Part shown: piece after piece, positions 1 through 8,651 of the stretch
How the letters are laid out: every line of letters starts with the position of its first letter
How positions within the stretch are numbered: the first letter of the stretch is position 1
Assembly (NCBI RefSeq): GCF_004010195.1
Contig: NC_057752.1
Span: 7,131,047-7,151,046, forward strand
Reading direction: 5' to 3'
Source: Chiloscyllium plagiosum
Taxonomy: Eukaryota
DNA: 20,000 nt
Program-made: the position numbers and the translations under genes
Notes under the pieces: generated by a model
The model's database searches: none
Told to the model about the DNA's origin: nothing
What the model saw: only the letters and a program-made list of their open reading frames with translations

Positions 1-470
1 CTCAGGTTAGATGTTAACAATGGTGATAGCTAGACAATATGTTGAAGGTGTTAGCCCCCTGTGTTCTCTGTCTATGCCATGATGTTTAGATTGATTCTAA
101 TCTAAAAAGTGAGATAACGGAGTTTTACATTAATTCATGCAGTTTTTGAGCAAAGTACAATGTAACCCTGCAAGTACAAATTCACCCCACAAAATATATT
201 TGCGCATGTGGGTCTTTGTCTGTGTGTCTGTCTGGGTTGGGGGGGGTCGTGAGTGTGAGAAAGTGTATGTGTGTGTGTGTAGTAAGTGTTGAGTGTCTTA
301 AATCTGTGACGGGGTGCATGTGTGAGTGTGTGTGTCTGTAAGGGTGTGTGTGGGTGTCTGTGTGCGCATCTGTGTGTCCTTGTGTGTGTGTATAGGAGTG
401 TCTGTGTGTATGTGAGAGTGTGTGTGTGTAGGGGTGTCTGTGTATGGGTGTATAGTGCAATGGTGGTCAC
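1..470 (-). mobile_element. Penelope-like element 3' region (inverted segment) with (CA)n-rich tract
   Basis: 56-470 is colinear with 6936-7337, and 1-72 is the reverse complement of 7363-7434. It abuts hammerhead-bearing PLE terminal repeats at 476-873 and is truncated by the window start. Confidence 0.75.
205..452. repeat. Degenerate (TG)n/(CA)n low-complexity tract
   Basis: Interrupted TG dinucleotide run; source of the His/Thr and Val/Cys pseudo-ORFs. Confidence 0.9.
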
Positions 471-475
471 ATCAG

Positions 476-873
476 TTCAGTTTTATCACACTCTAAATTT
501 TTGCTATAAATTCTGTGTGTTAGGATTGAGCCCTCCACTATCACCTGATGAAGGAGCAAAGCTCCAAAAGCTACTGTGCTTCCAATTAAACCTGTTGGAC
601 TATAACTTGGTGTTGTGTGATTTTTAACTTTGTACACTCCAGTCCACGACCGGCATCTCCAAATCATTCTAAAAGATGAGAGACTTAACAAATAATCCAG
701 GTCTTTTTCAATATATCATTTCAGTTGCATCACACAGTAAACTTTCACTATAAATTCTGTGTCTTATGATATTATACTCCACAACCACCTGAAGAAGTAG
801 CGCTCCGAAAGCTAATGCTTCCAAATAAACCTGTTGAACTGTAACCTGGCGTTGTGTAATTTTTAACTTTGTA
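476..873 (+). mobile_element. Two diverged direct copies of a PLE terminal repeat (pLTR-like), each with a decayed hammerhead motif
   Basis: ~476-634 and ~720-873 align (ttcagtt..ctataaattctgtgt..cacctga(t/a)gaag..taaacctgttg..tttttaactttgta). CTGATGA is at 545 and CTGAAGA at 789. Confidence 0.75.
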
Positions 874-1044
874 GTAAACAAGGGAATGAGATTAATTGGA
901 CATCGTTTTCAGAGACTTAGGACAGGGAGGATGGTCAAAATGCTCTCCTATATCTGAATCCTTCTATCAACTGATTACATATTTCGTACCTCTGAATAAC
1001 AACAGCAGATACTGCACATAGCAACATGTTTACAATTTAAGGAG

Positions 1045-1300
1045 ACTCCGGGACCCGCCTAAACGGACAAATTCAGCTGACCCGGAAATGGCGTATTTAA
1101 TAATTTTGGATACACTTTTAATCTATTTGAAAATTATTATAAATGTATAATATGCCTAGCCCTTCTGTAATATATTTAGATCGAAATAAATTGTCAAAAG
1201 AAAAGAATGCTGCAAAACTAATTGCTGTAACCCGGAAGTCTTTGTGTATCGCCTCGGTTAAGTTTGGGGCCTGGAACAAGCGATAAGAAGCGGGAGCTTA
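1045..1300 (+). promoter_or_regulatory. Likely MCRS1 core promoter/TSS region with ETS (GABPA/ELK-type) and YY1-like motifs
   Basis: Local CpG clusters in otherwise CpG-poor DNA. CCGGAA at 1082-1087 overlaps AAATGGCG at 1086-1093; CCGGAAGT at 1232-1239; TATAAAT at 1138-1144; splice donor at 1317. Confidence 0.65.
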
Positions 1301-1306
1301 GTGTAA

Positions 1307-1316
1307 ATGAATAAAG
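1307..1316 (+). CDS. mcrs1: MCRS1 candidate exon 1 coding end (M-N-K + 1 nt), or uORF start
   Basis: ATG AAT AAA G|gtatga is a phase-1 donor resembling the human MCRS1 start MDK|D. It splices in frame to 8652. Confidence 0.55.
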
Positions 1317-1599
1317 GTATGAGGTTCTCGGGAAAATAGATATATGTGTTTTTTTTTGTAAAGGGGCTAATGTCTAGTGTTCATTTTTTTTCTATGCCAA
1401 AGTGAGTGGTTATGATGGAAATAAATAACACGCTTCAGGCTGCGGATCTGCTTGAACCTCTAGTTGTCTTTGAGCAACTTTCAGGGTCAGTGTCTGTATT
1501 AAACAGACAACGATGAACGTTGTGTGTTTTACTTTCCAATTTCAGCTCTTTTTTCCATTCCGCAAAATTGCTGCACCATACTCAAATTTTAAGGCTTAG

Positions 1600-2555
1600 C
1601 CATTACTGATTTTAGATGTGGGAATCAAATATAATATTACTAAATTTGCAAATGACTAAACTAGGTGCACGTACGACTTGTGAATGCAAAGATGTTTCAA
1701 GGGGATCAAGAGAGGTAGAGCGGGCGGATTTGGGGATTGTAATATAGAGTAATGAGGTTACCCATTTTGGTAGGAGCAATAGAAACACCGATCCTTTCTT
1801 AAATGTTGAACTTCAAAAGGACTTGGGTGCTTTCTTTCATGTGTCACTGAAAGATACTATGAAGGTACATCAAGTGATTTAAGAAGGTGGATGGTATATA
1901 TTTTTAAGCAACTCTTTCAGATATATTATGATGCAGGTGGCGCAGGTGGCGTTTGAACCCAGGTCTTTTGGCCTAGACGTGGGGGATACTACACCTATAT
2001 CAAATGAGCACCCTGGAAGGCAAATGGCATATTGGCTTTTATTGTAAGAGGGTTTAGTATAGAAATAAAGATGTCTTACAGTAATTATATAGAGTCTTTA
2101 TGAAATCACGCATGAAGTTTTGTGTGCAGTTTTAATCTTGCCTAAGGAAAGATATACTTGCCATGGAGGGAGTACAGTGAAGTATTGCTAGACTGATTCT
2201 TGAGATGTAGGAGTTGTCCTATGATGATGAACTAAATGGGCTGAGCCTATATTCTGTGGTCTTCAGAAGAGTGGGAGATGATCACATTGAAATGTCAATA
2301 TTTTTTCAGGGTTTGACACCATCGATACAAGAAAGAAAATTTTCTCTGAATGAGGAATTGAGATGAAGAGGAATTTCTTCACTCAGAATTGTGAATTCTC
2401 AAGCCCAGAGAGCTGTGGGGGCTCAGTTATTGAGTATGCTAAAGACTTGGATTGATAGATTTCGACATATTTACAAACGTCAAGGGACATTGAAGTAGGA
2501 TATCAGTTGTCATCTCATTGAAGAGCTGAATAGCCTACTCTACTTCCTATGTCCT
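1600..2555 (+). mobile_element. Decayed CR1-type LINE 3' fragment (RT C-terminal part to 3' UTR), interrupted by a SINE
   Basis: ~1613-1667 reads like LDVGIKYNITKFAND-KLG (CR1 ISKFADDTKLG motif). Later gaggaatttcttcactcaga (RNFFTQ) and a 3' end gctgaatagcctactc..cctatg. Confidence 0.8.
1900..2014 (-). mobile_element. Short tRNA-derived SINE inserted in the CR1
   Basis: Minus strand has a B-box-like cctgggttcaaacgccacc. Flanked by a diverged possible TSD gaaggtggatggtatat (1883-1899) / gaaggcaaatggcatat (2016-2032). Confidence 0.55.
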
Positions 2556-4251
2556 CTGCTCTTTGTTCTTGAACTGTGGTCCTTTTTTATGTAAGCATCA
2601 ATTATGTTTCCTAATGTTTTACCTTTAACCAGATTCTTAAATTAACAGATCAGAGTCTTCCTACACTTTCTGTACACCACAATCCAGCCCTTATAAAAGT
2701 CACAAATCTGTCATGATAACTGTCATGGAGGAATTATCTTTTGTTGTTTTTCTCCAAATCTTTGGTTATTGAAACAGTTGACTAAACCATCTTCCTCCAA
2801 CATCTTTTTGTTGTCCAGCTTGGTAGTCTGTCAGGTTTTGTCCCTAACCATTTGATTGAAGCCAAAGCATCTGACATTCCCTTCTCGTCTTGATGCTGTT
2901 CCCTCCCGATTCCAGAAATGATTTATCTTTGGTCTTTATCTTAGTGGGGTCCATATGGAGACTGACATGCTTCCAGGTGTACCTCTCCTTTACCCCTTTT
3001 GACCCCTCATGTTGTCATGTTGCTTGTTTGAATTGGGTGAGCTGCAGTTTCTTCAGCTAAACATCAAAACTGAATGATAATCTTAAACCGAGGTACTAAA
3101 GTCTTATTGTGAACCTTGAGCCTCCTCAGAGGCAAGTCAGAGAGTACTTCTGGTGCTAGGGGAGCCAAGGCCAGCTATGGCACCTTTTGGTTTTTTTTTG
3201 ATGGGGGGGTTGTGGTGAGGGGAGAGATATAAAGAACTGAGTAATTCCTTGCTGTTAATGAGCAGAATAAACAGCAACAGAATGAAAGGTTTGTTATGTT
3301 TTAAAATCGCTTTTATTCACAGTTTAGTTACCCATACCATTGTGTGTGAAATTTGCAAATGAATGTCTCGTTCTTGCAAAATAACATTTTCACATGACCC
3401 AGCAGCACTAATTGAAGCAATACATCATCCAAGCAAAAGGGGGATCAAATCTGATCAAACACCTCCGAAGAACTGCTGTAAATTTGTGTTGGTAACTTAG
3501 TGCTACTAAGATCAACCTTTTCACATAGAATCGTATAACATTTATAAATAGACCATTTGACCCAACAGCGTTTATGTTTTATACAATGCATCGTCCTTGT
3601 TAGTTTTCAACAAATTTAGCCTTAGCCATAGCCATTTGCATTGACTCAGTGGCAGATTTAAAAAAAATGGGTAACCCTGTCAACCAAACTTGTGGGAGCA
3701 AAATAAATTTCCCCTGGATTTTATTTTCTTGGGAATTTTGAGCCTTTCCCATTTGTGAAAGAACGATTGCACTCAGCTACCTCGAGCAAATTGCTCCTTC
3801 TGTAAGAAAAGGCCAAGGGCTAGTGATTCCATGTCTGATTGAGGGGGGAGGAAAAAGGTTACTGTTGCAGAACTGACCCAGTGAAGCTGGAGGAAGCATG
3901 CTTGTGTGACAGTGAACAGGTCGAGGTTAAGACTTCAAAAGTTAATTACTTTCACTTAGGTTAGAAAGGTGCAGTACAGTTCTAGAGTCAAAGGTCAGAG
4001 TCTTGTGCACATAGGTCTTGAGTGCGAGACTTCCAAAAAAAAGCTGCACGTTGTTTATAGTTTATACTGCAATATAATTTTGCTCCCTTGCAAAACCTAA
4101 ACAATTCTGGAGAATTATGCCTTTTAACGAACCAGTGTAATTAACACCATCAATAAAATCTCTTCCTGTTAACTTCTGTGATCTGCAGTTTTATAACTTG
4201 AATGATTTAATCTGTTCCTGGCCAGTTCTAAATTATTTTTAATAAATTTGT

Positions 4252-4467
4252 TTAGAGGGTGGTACGTGTATGGAATGAGTTGCCAGAGGATGTGGTGGAG
4301 GCTGGTACAATTGCAACATTTAAGAGGCATTTGGATGGGTATATGAATAGGAAGGGTTTGGAGGGATATGGGCCGGGTGCTGGCAGGTCGGACTAGATTG
4401 GGTTGGGATATATGGACGGGTTGGACTGAAGGGTCTTTTTCCATGCTGTACATCTCTATGACTCTAT
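4252..4467 (+). mobile_element. CR1-type LINE 3' end
   Basis: Translates RVVRVWNELPEDVVEAGTIATFKRHLDGYMNRKGLEGYGP (CR1 ORF2 C-terminus); ends in a ctctatgactctat tail. Confidence 0.9.
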
Positions 4468-4637
4468 ATATACTTTTTCAATATTGTTGAAAATAGGGCC
4501 TTTGGCCATGCTGTCCCATTTAAAAGTGCTCTGTAGGATGGTAAAAATACATGTATTCAGCTCCTTCTCACTAAATTTTGCACAGTGCAGAACAACAGTT
4601 AACAATATATCTTCAGCTGTTTGTGACTGGTACCTCT

Positions 4638-4852
4638 AGTAAACGTAAAATCACCGCAGTCCCGGAGGATCATCAAGCTGTTCTCTTCTTAGAGAAAGAC
4701 AACTAGTGACGGTTTAACCTGAGGGTCACCATGCCTTATGTGAGGGGAGAGGTTGAGAAGGAGAGTCCTTCGTGGTGACATTAGCTGGTGTGAGACTTGA
4801 ATCCGTATTATTGGCATCACTCTGCATTGCCAATCAGCTGCCCAACCATCTG
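4638..4852 (-). mobile_element. tRNA-derived SINE (family not determined)
   Basis: Minus strand has a tRNA-like head with degenerate B box (ggattcaagtctc), body ctcccctc..ggtgaccctcaggttaaacc and tail gggactgcggtgattttac. Confidence 0.6.
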
Positions 4853-5026
4853 TAGTATAGCTGAAACATAAAATACAAGTCAGAAGTATAAATTATTGTG
4901 TAAAATTGAGGTTATTTTAGTCAGGTATTTGTAGAGCTCAGAAGTTGAGCCTGACTGAACTCAAAATCGAAGGGAAGCAAGCTTAACTGCTGGAGAATTG
5001 ATACCAGTTTTAAATTTGTTTTCCAG

Positions 5027-5170
5027 ATCTACAAACTTTTGATCAATGAGATACCATTGCATGGAAAGCCTCGTACAGTGACTTTGCTAGTATCACGTTG
5101 CCACGGATGATGAGCAATTCTACCTTGATTGGTCAGAATAGCTCTCTGGAAGGAAGAAATTTAGATAAAG
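5027..5170 (+). CDS. mcrs1: MCRS1 candidate exon 2 (144 nt); coding from ATG 5107: MMSNSTLIGQNSSLEGRNLDK
   Basis: Acceptor tttgttttccag|, donor AAG|gtattg. Ends GAT AAA G (DK + phase 1) like human MDK|D and is in frame with exon 8652. In-frame TGA at 5047-5049 lies upstream of the ATGs. Confidence 0.6.
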
Positions 5171-5677
5171 GTATTGTATTCTCTGGAGCTTGGTGCTTAT
5201 TTTAAAAAAAAGTTTGCTCAAGTTGCTTCTGGTTCTTTTGTCAATCATCTGAAATTTATGTCCTCTGGTTACCAATGCTTCTATTACGTATTTATTCAAA
5301 CAAAGCTGTTTGTGATTTTGAACACCTTGATCAAGTCTGCTGTAAGGAGAGCGACCCCACCTTTTGCAGTCTTTCCAAACAGTTAAGGTCCCTCTGTTCT
5401 GTTATAATTTCAGTAAATCTCTTCTGTGCCCTTTCTAAAGCTTAGAGATGTGCATCTCTTTCCCCATCTTCAGAACCGCAGTGTTTGCATGTGTAGGTGT
5501 AATAATAGTGGATTCGTGAAAGAGGAATTTAACAAATGAGGTAATCAAGTGACAATCTGAACTGTGAGTTTTCACAGTTGTGTGCTGTTGAAGAATAACA
5601 AATAAGTTTCTGTGTGCATTGTGGAAGATTGTGATTTCTCCCCCTCTCCTGTATTTTAGTTGCATGAATCTCAAAAG

Positions 5678-6010
5678 CTTTTTTATTCATTAATGGGATG
5701 TGGGCATCGAAGGCTAGGCTTGCATTTATTGCCCATCCCGAGTTGCCCTGGATAAGGCACTTGGGCTGCCTCCTTGAACCGCTGCAGTCTCACAGTGCTA
5801 TTAGGAAGGAAGTTCGGGACAGTGACAGTGAAGGAATGACATTATAGTTCCAAGGCAGGATGGTGAGAGGCTTGGAAGGGAACTTGCAGGTGGTGGTGTT
5901 TTCACGTATCTGCTACCTTCTCCTTTTAGATGGTAGAGGTCGTGGGTTTTAAAGATGCTGTCAAAGGAGGCTTGCTGAGCTGTTACAGTGCATCTTGTAG
6001 ACAGCACACA
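5678..6010 (-). mobile_element. LINE 3' end (CR1/L2-group family), minus strand
   Basis: Reverse complement matches 7740-8050 (tctacaagatgcactg; actgcagcggttcaaggaggcagc) and ends aatgaataaaaaa. Confidence 0.75.
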
Positions 6011-6084
6011 TTTTAGACTAAGCCTGAATTTTATCTGGGTCTTGTGACATTTGGACACGAACTGCTTTGATATCTGAAGAGTTA

Positions 6085-6452
6085 CAAATTCCCTCCATTA
6101 TAAGGTCAGAAACAGGGATGTTTGCAAAATGTTCAGCACCATTTGCAGAATACTTGATACTGAAGCAGCTTGTGTCCATGCACAGCCAGACCTGGAAGAG
6201 ATCCAGGGTTAGCTTATAAGTGGCAAGTAATATTTGCACCATGGAAGTGCTGGGCAATGACCATATCCAAAAAGAAAATATCTAACCAGTGCCATTCCTG
6301 GATCTTCCACTTTAACATCCTGGGAATTACCATCGCTCAGAGACTGAACTGGCCCAAGCATATCAATACTATGGCTGCAAATGCAGGTTGGAGGCTCAGA
6401 ATTGAGAGAGGAATAACTGATCTTCTGACTCCCCAAGGTCTGTTGATCGTCT
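6085..6452 (+). mobile_element. LINE RT fragment, 5' part of an element that resumes at ~7655
   Basis: Frameshifted PSIIRSETGMFA..MFSTI (FADD region), then AYKWQVIFAPWKC..ILGITIAQRLNWPKHIN typical of LINE RT C-terminal regions. Confidence 0.75.
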
Positions 6453-6552
6453 ACACTCTAGAATTTAGAAGCTTAAGGGGTGATCTGATTGAAGTCTTCA
6501 AGATATTAACAGGAAAAGACAGGGTAGATTAAGATAAACTATTTCCTCTGGT
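6451..6552 (+). mobile_element. CR1 ORF2 fragment
   Basis: YTLEFRSLRGDLIEVFKILTGKDRVD*DKLFPL, homologous to the 19706-19993 minus-strand ORF (YTLEFRRLRGDLIETYKI). Confidence 0.85.
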
Positions 6553-6587
6553 TGAAAATGTGTTGCTGGAAAAGCGCAGCAGGTCAG

Positions 6588-6625
6588 GAATCCTGAAGAC
6601 GGGCTTTTGCCCGAAACGTCGATTC
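6588..6625 (+). ncRNA. Minimal type-I hammerhead ribozyme motif, copy 1
   Basis: GAAUC-CUGAAGA-c-GGGC-uuuu-GCCC-GAAA-C-GUC-GAUUC: conserved core, stem II, stem I 6588-6592/6621-6625, predicted cleavage after C6620. Confidence 0.75.
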
Positions 6626-6808
6626 TCCTGTTCCTTGGATGCTGCCTGACCTGCTGTGCTTTTCCAGCAACACATTTTCAGCTCTGATCTCCAGCATCTG
6701 CAGTCCTCACTTTCTCCTCAAAGATTAGATCTGTTGCAGTGTTCCTTAACGCAAGTTCAAAGAACAACACTTCATTTTCCATCTTCTCCTGCTGAACACT
6801 CTCTGCTC

Positions 6809-6844
6809 ATTCCTGAAGAAGGGCCTGTGCCCGAAACGTCGAAT
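6809..6844 (+). ncRNA. Minimal type-I hammerhead ribozyme motif, copy 2
   Basis: AUUC-CUGAAGA-a-GGGC-cugu-GCCC-GAAA-C-GUC-GAAU: stem I 6809-6812/6841-6844, predicted cleavage after C6840. Confidence 0.75.
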
Positions 6845-6935
6845 CTCCTGTTCCCTGGATGCTGCCTGACCTGCTGTGCTGTTCCAGCAATAAAGTTTCA
6901 ACTTTGATCTCCAGCATCTGCAGACCTCACTTTCT

Positions 6936-7650
6936 CCCTGTGTTCTCTGTCTATGACCTGGTGTTGAGATTGATTCTAATCTAAAAAGTGAGATAACAGA
7001 GTTTTACATAAATTCATGCAGCTTTTGAGCTCAGAGTTCTACATGAATGTATGCAGTTTTTGAGCGAAGTGCAATGTAACCCTGAAAGTACAAATTCACC
7101 CCACAAAATATGTGTGTGCATGTGGGTCTTTGTGTGTGTGTGTGTCTGTCTGGGGTGGGGGTTGAGAGTGTGAGAAAGTGTGTGTGTATGTGTGTAGTGA
7201 GTGCAGAGTGTCTTAAGTCTGTGAGGGGGTGCATGTGGGAGTGTGTGTGTGTCTATAAGGGTGTGTGTGCACGTCTGTGTGTACCTGTGTCCGTGTGTGT
7301 GTGTGTAGGAATATCTGTGTGTGCAATGGTGATCACCATTGCAATGTGACATGAACCCATGTGACAGAGAACACAGGGGGCTAACACCTTCAACATATTG
7401 TCTAGCTATCACCATTGTTAACAGCTAACTCGAGAATGCAACTTTTTAAAAAAAAGAGTTTTGTGATTTACACATGAAAGAAGTGAAACTATCACTGTAC
7501 TCTAACAGATGAAAGGCTTAACAGACAATCAATTTTTCAATGTATAATTTCAGTTACATCACACTGCAGATTTTTGCTATAAATACGATTGAGCCCTCCA
7601 CAATCACCTGATGAAGGACTATAACCTGGTGTTGTATGATTTTTAACTTA
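6936..7650. mobile_element. 5'-truncated Penelope-like element with internal inversion (6936-7358 minus; 7363-7650 plus)
   Basis: Same family as 1-873. 7344-7358 minus encodes GFMSH, which resembles the C-terminal end of PLE GIY-YIG ORFs (recalled, not searched). The plus part ends in the pLTR with CTGATGA at 7608. Confidence 0.75.
7090..7323. repeat. Degenerate (TG)n tract within the PLE
   Basis: Interrupted TG run homologous to 205-452. Confidence 0.85.
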
Positions 7651-7654
7651 GTTC

Positions 7655-8058
7655 ACAGCAGCCTGCTTGTTTCACATAATCATCCACCAAAATCCACGTT
7701 CACTCCCTCAACTAAATGCACAGAGGCAGCCATTTTTATCATCTACAAGGTGCACTGCGGCAACTTATAAGGCTCTTTCAAAAGTATCTTCCAAACCATC
7801 ATCTCTACTTTCTAGAAGGACAAATCATATACATGAAAACACCACCGAGTTCCCTTCTAAGCCATGTATCTGACTTCGGACTGTATTGCTTTTCCCTCAC
7901 CGTTATTGGGTAAAATTCTGGAACTCTATAACAGCACTGTAGGTGTTTCTACGTCTCCTAGACTGCAGCATTTCAAGAAGGTGGCTCACCATTATCTTCT
8001 TGAAGGTAATTGGAAATGGACGCTTAAATACCCCATGTCCCGTGAATAAAGTTTTTAA
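7655..8058 (+). mobile_element. LINE 3' end (continuation of 6085-6452)
   Basis: Homologous to the reverse complement of 5678-6010; terminates in gtgaataaa. Confidence 0.7.
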
Positions 8059-8651
8059 AAAATCCATTCTGACCTCCTTTCTCAAACAATGTAACCCATC
8101 AGTCACTCCCAGATTCAGTCTTTGCTGTGTGCTGCAATAGCTTTTTGGCTTGGGTCTTAGTAGAGGTGCTGGAAGAGGTACTTCTTGGCTAGAGGAAGGA
8201 AACACTGTCAGGATTTGTATTTGTGATCCCTGCTGCTGGAAGATGGTAAAAATGTGATTGAGGTTGATTGTAATTTTTTGGGTCCCATGCATCCTGTCAT
8301 CAAGTTGTATGTCGCCCCTTGCTGTCCCAAATAAAGGCCACTTGGGGGCGAAGCGACAGTGGGTATGTAATATCTATTGATTTATACCCGAGCACTCAGG
8401 AGATGATGCAAGAAAGATGTGAGAAAATGCATTTCTTGTGAAGGAAAGGGTAAAATTACTTCAGTTAATAGGCTTGCTAGTTATCAATCAGTGTAGACAG
8501 TGTGTACTTTAGGGCGATATTACAAGTCAGGTAGAGTCACAGCATTAAAGTGAGTAAGTCAATCTTGCTGCTTATATGTTAGATCACATGGATGGTAAAA
8601 CTCATCTGTTTTTACATGAAATAATAAGCAATGCTCTTTTTCTTTATGAAG

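Larger units (their letters stand above)
6553..6937 (+). mobile_element. PLE-derived short repeat: two direct 127-nt copies (6591-6717, 6811-6937) plus an inverted 36-nt arm
   Basis: The copies align without gaps (12 mismatches in 127 nt by my count). 6553-6588 is the reverse complement of 6645-6680 with 1 mismatch. Confidence 0.85.

Noticed and set aside
135..627. His/Thr-rich and Val/Cys-rich ORFs (also 7014-7415)
   Set aside because: Translations of (CA)n/(TG)n tracts within the PLE, not proteins.
5047..5049. In-frame TGA as selenocysteine
   Set aside because: MCRS1 is not a known selenoprotein, the 3' UTR (SECIS location) is outside the window, and a downstream in-frame ATG explains the frame.
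6170..6532. 120-aa ORF as a gene
   Set aside because: Chance in-frame fusion of two different LINE fragments joined at ~6451.
6591..6937. Direct repeats with a spacer as a CRISPR-like array
   Set aside because: Only two 127-nt units in a vertebrate intron; explained by a PLE-derived repeat.
8311..8357. GC-rich hairpin tcgcccct..gggggcga
   Set aside because: Only about 8 bp of pairing; compatible with chance.
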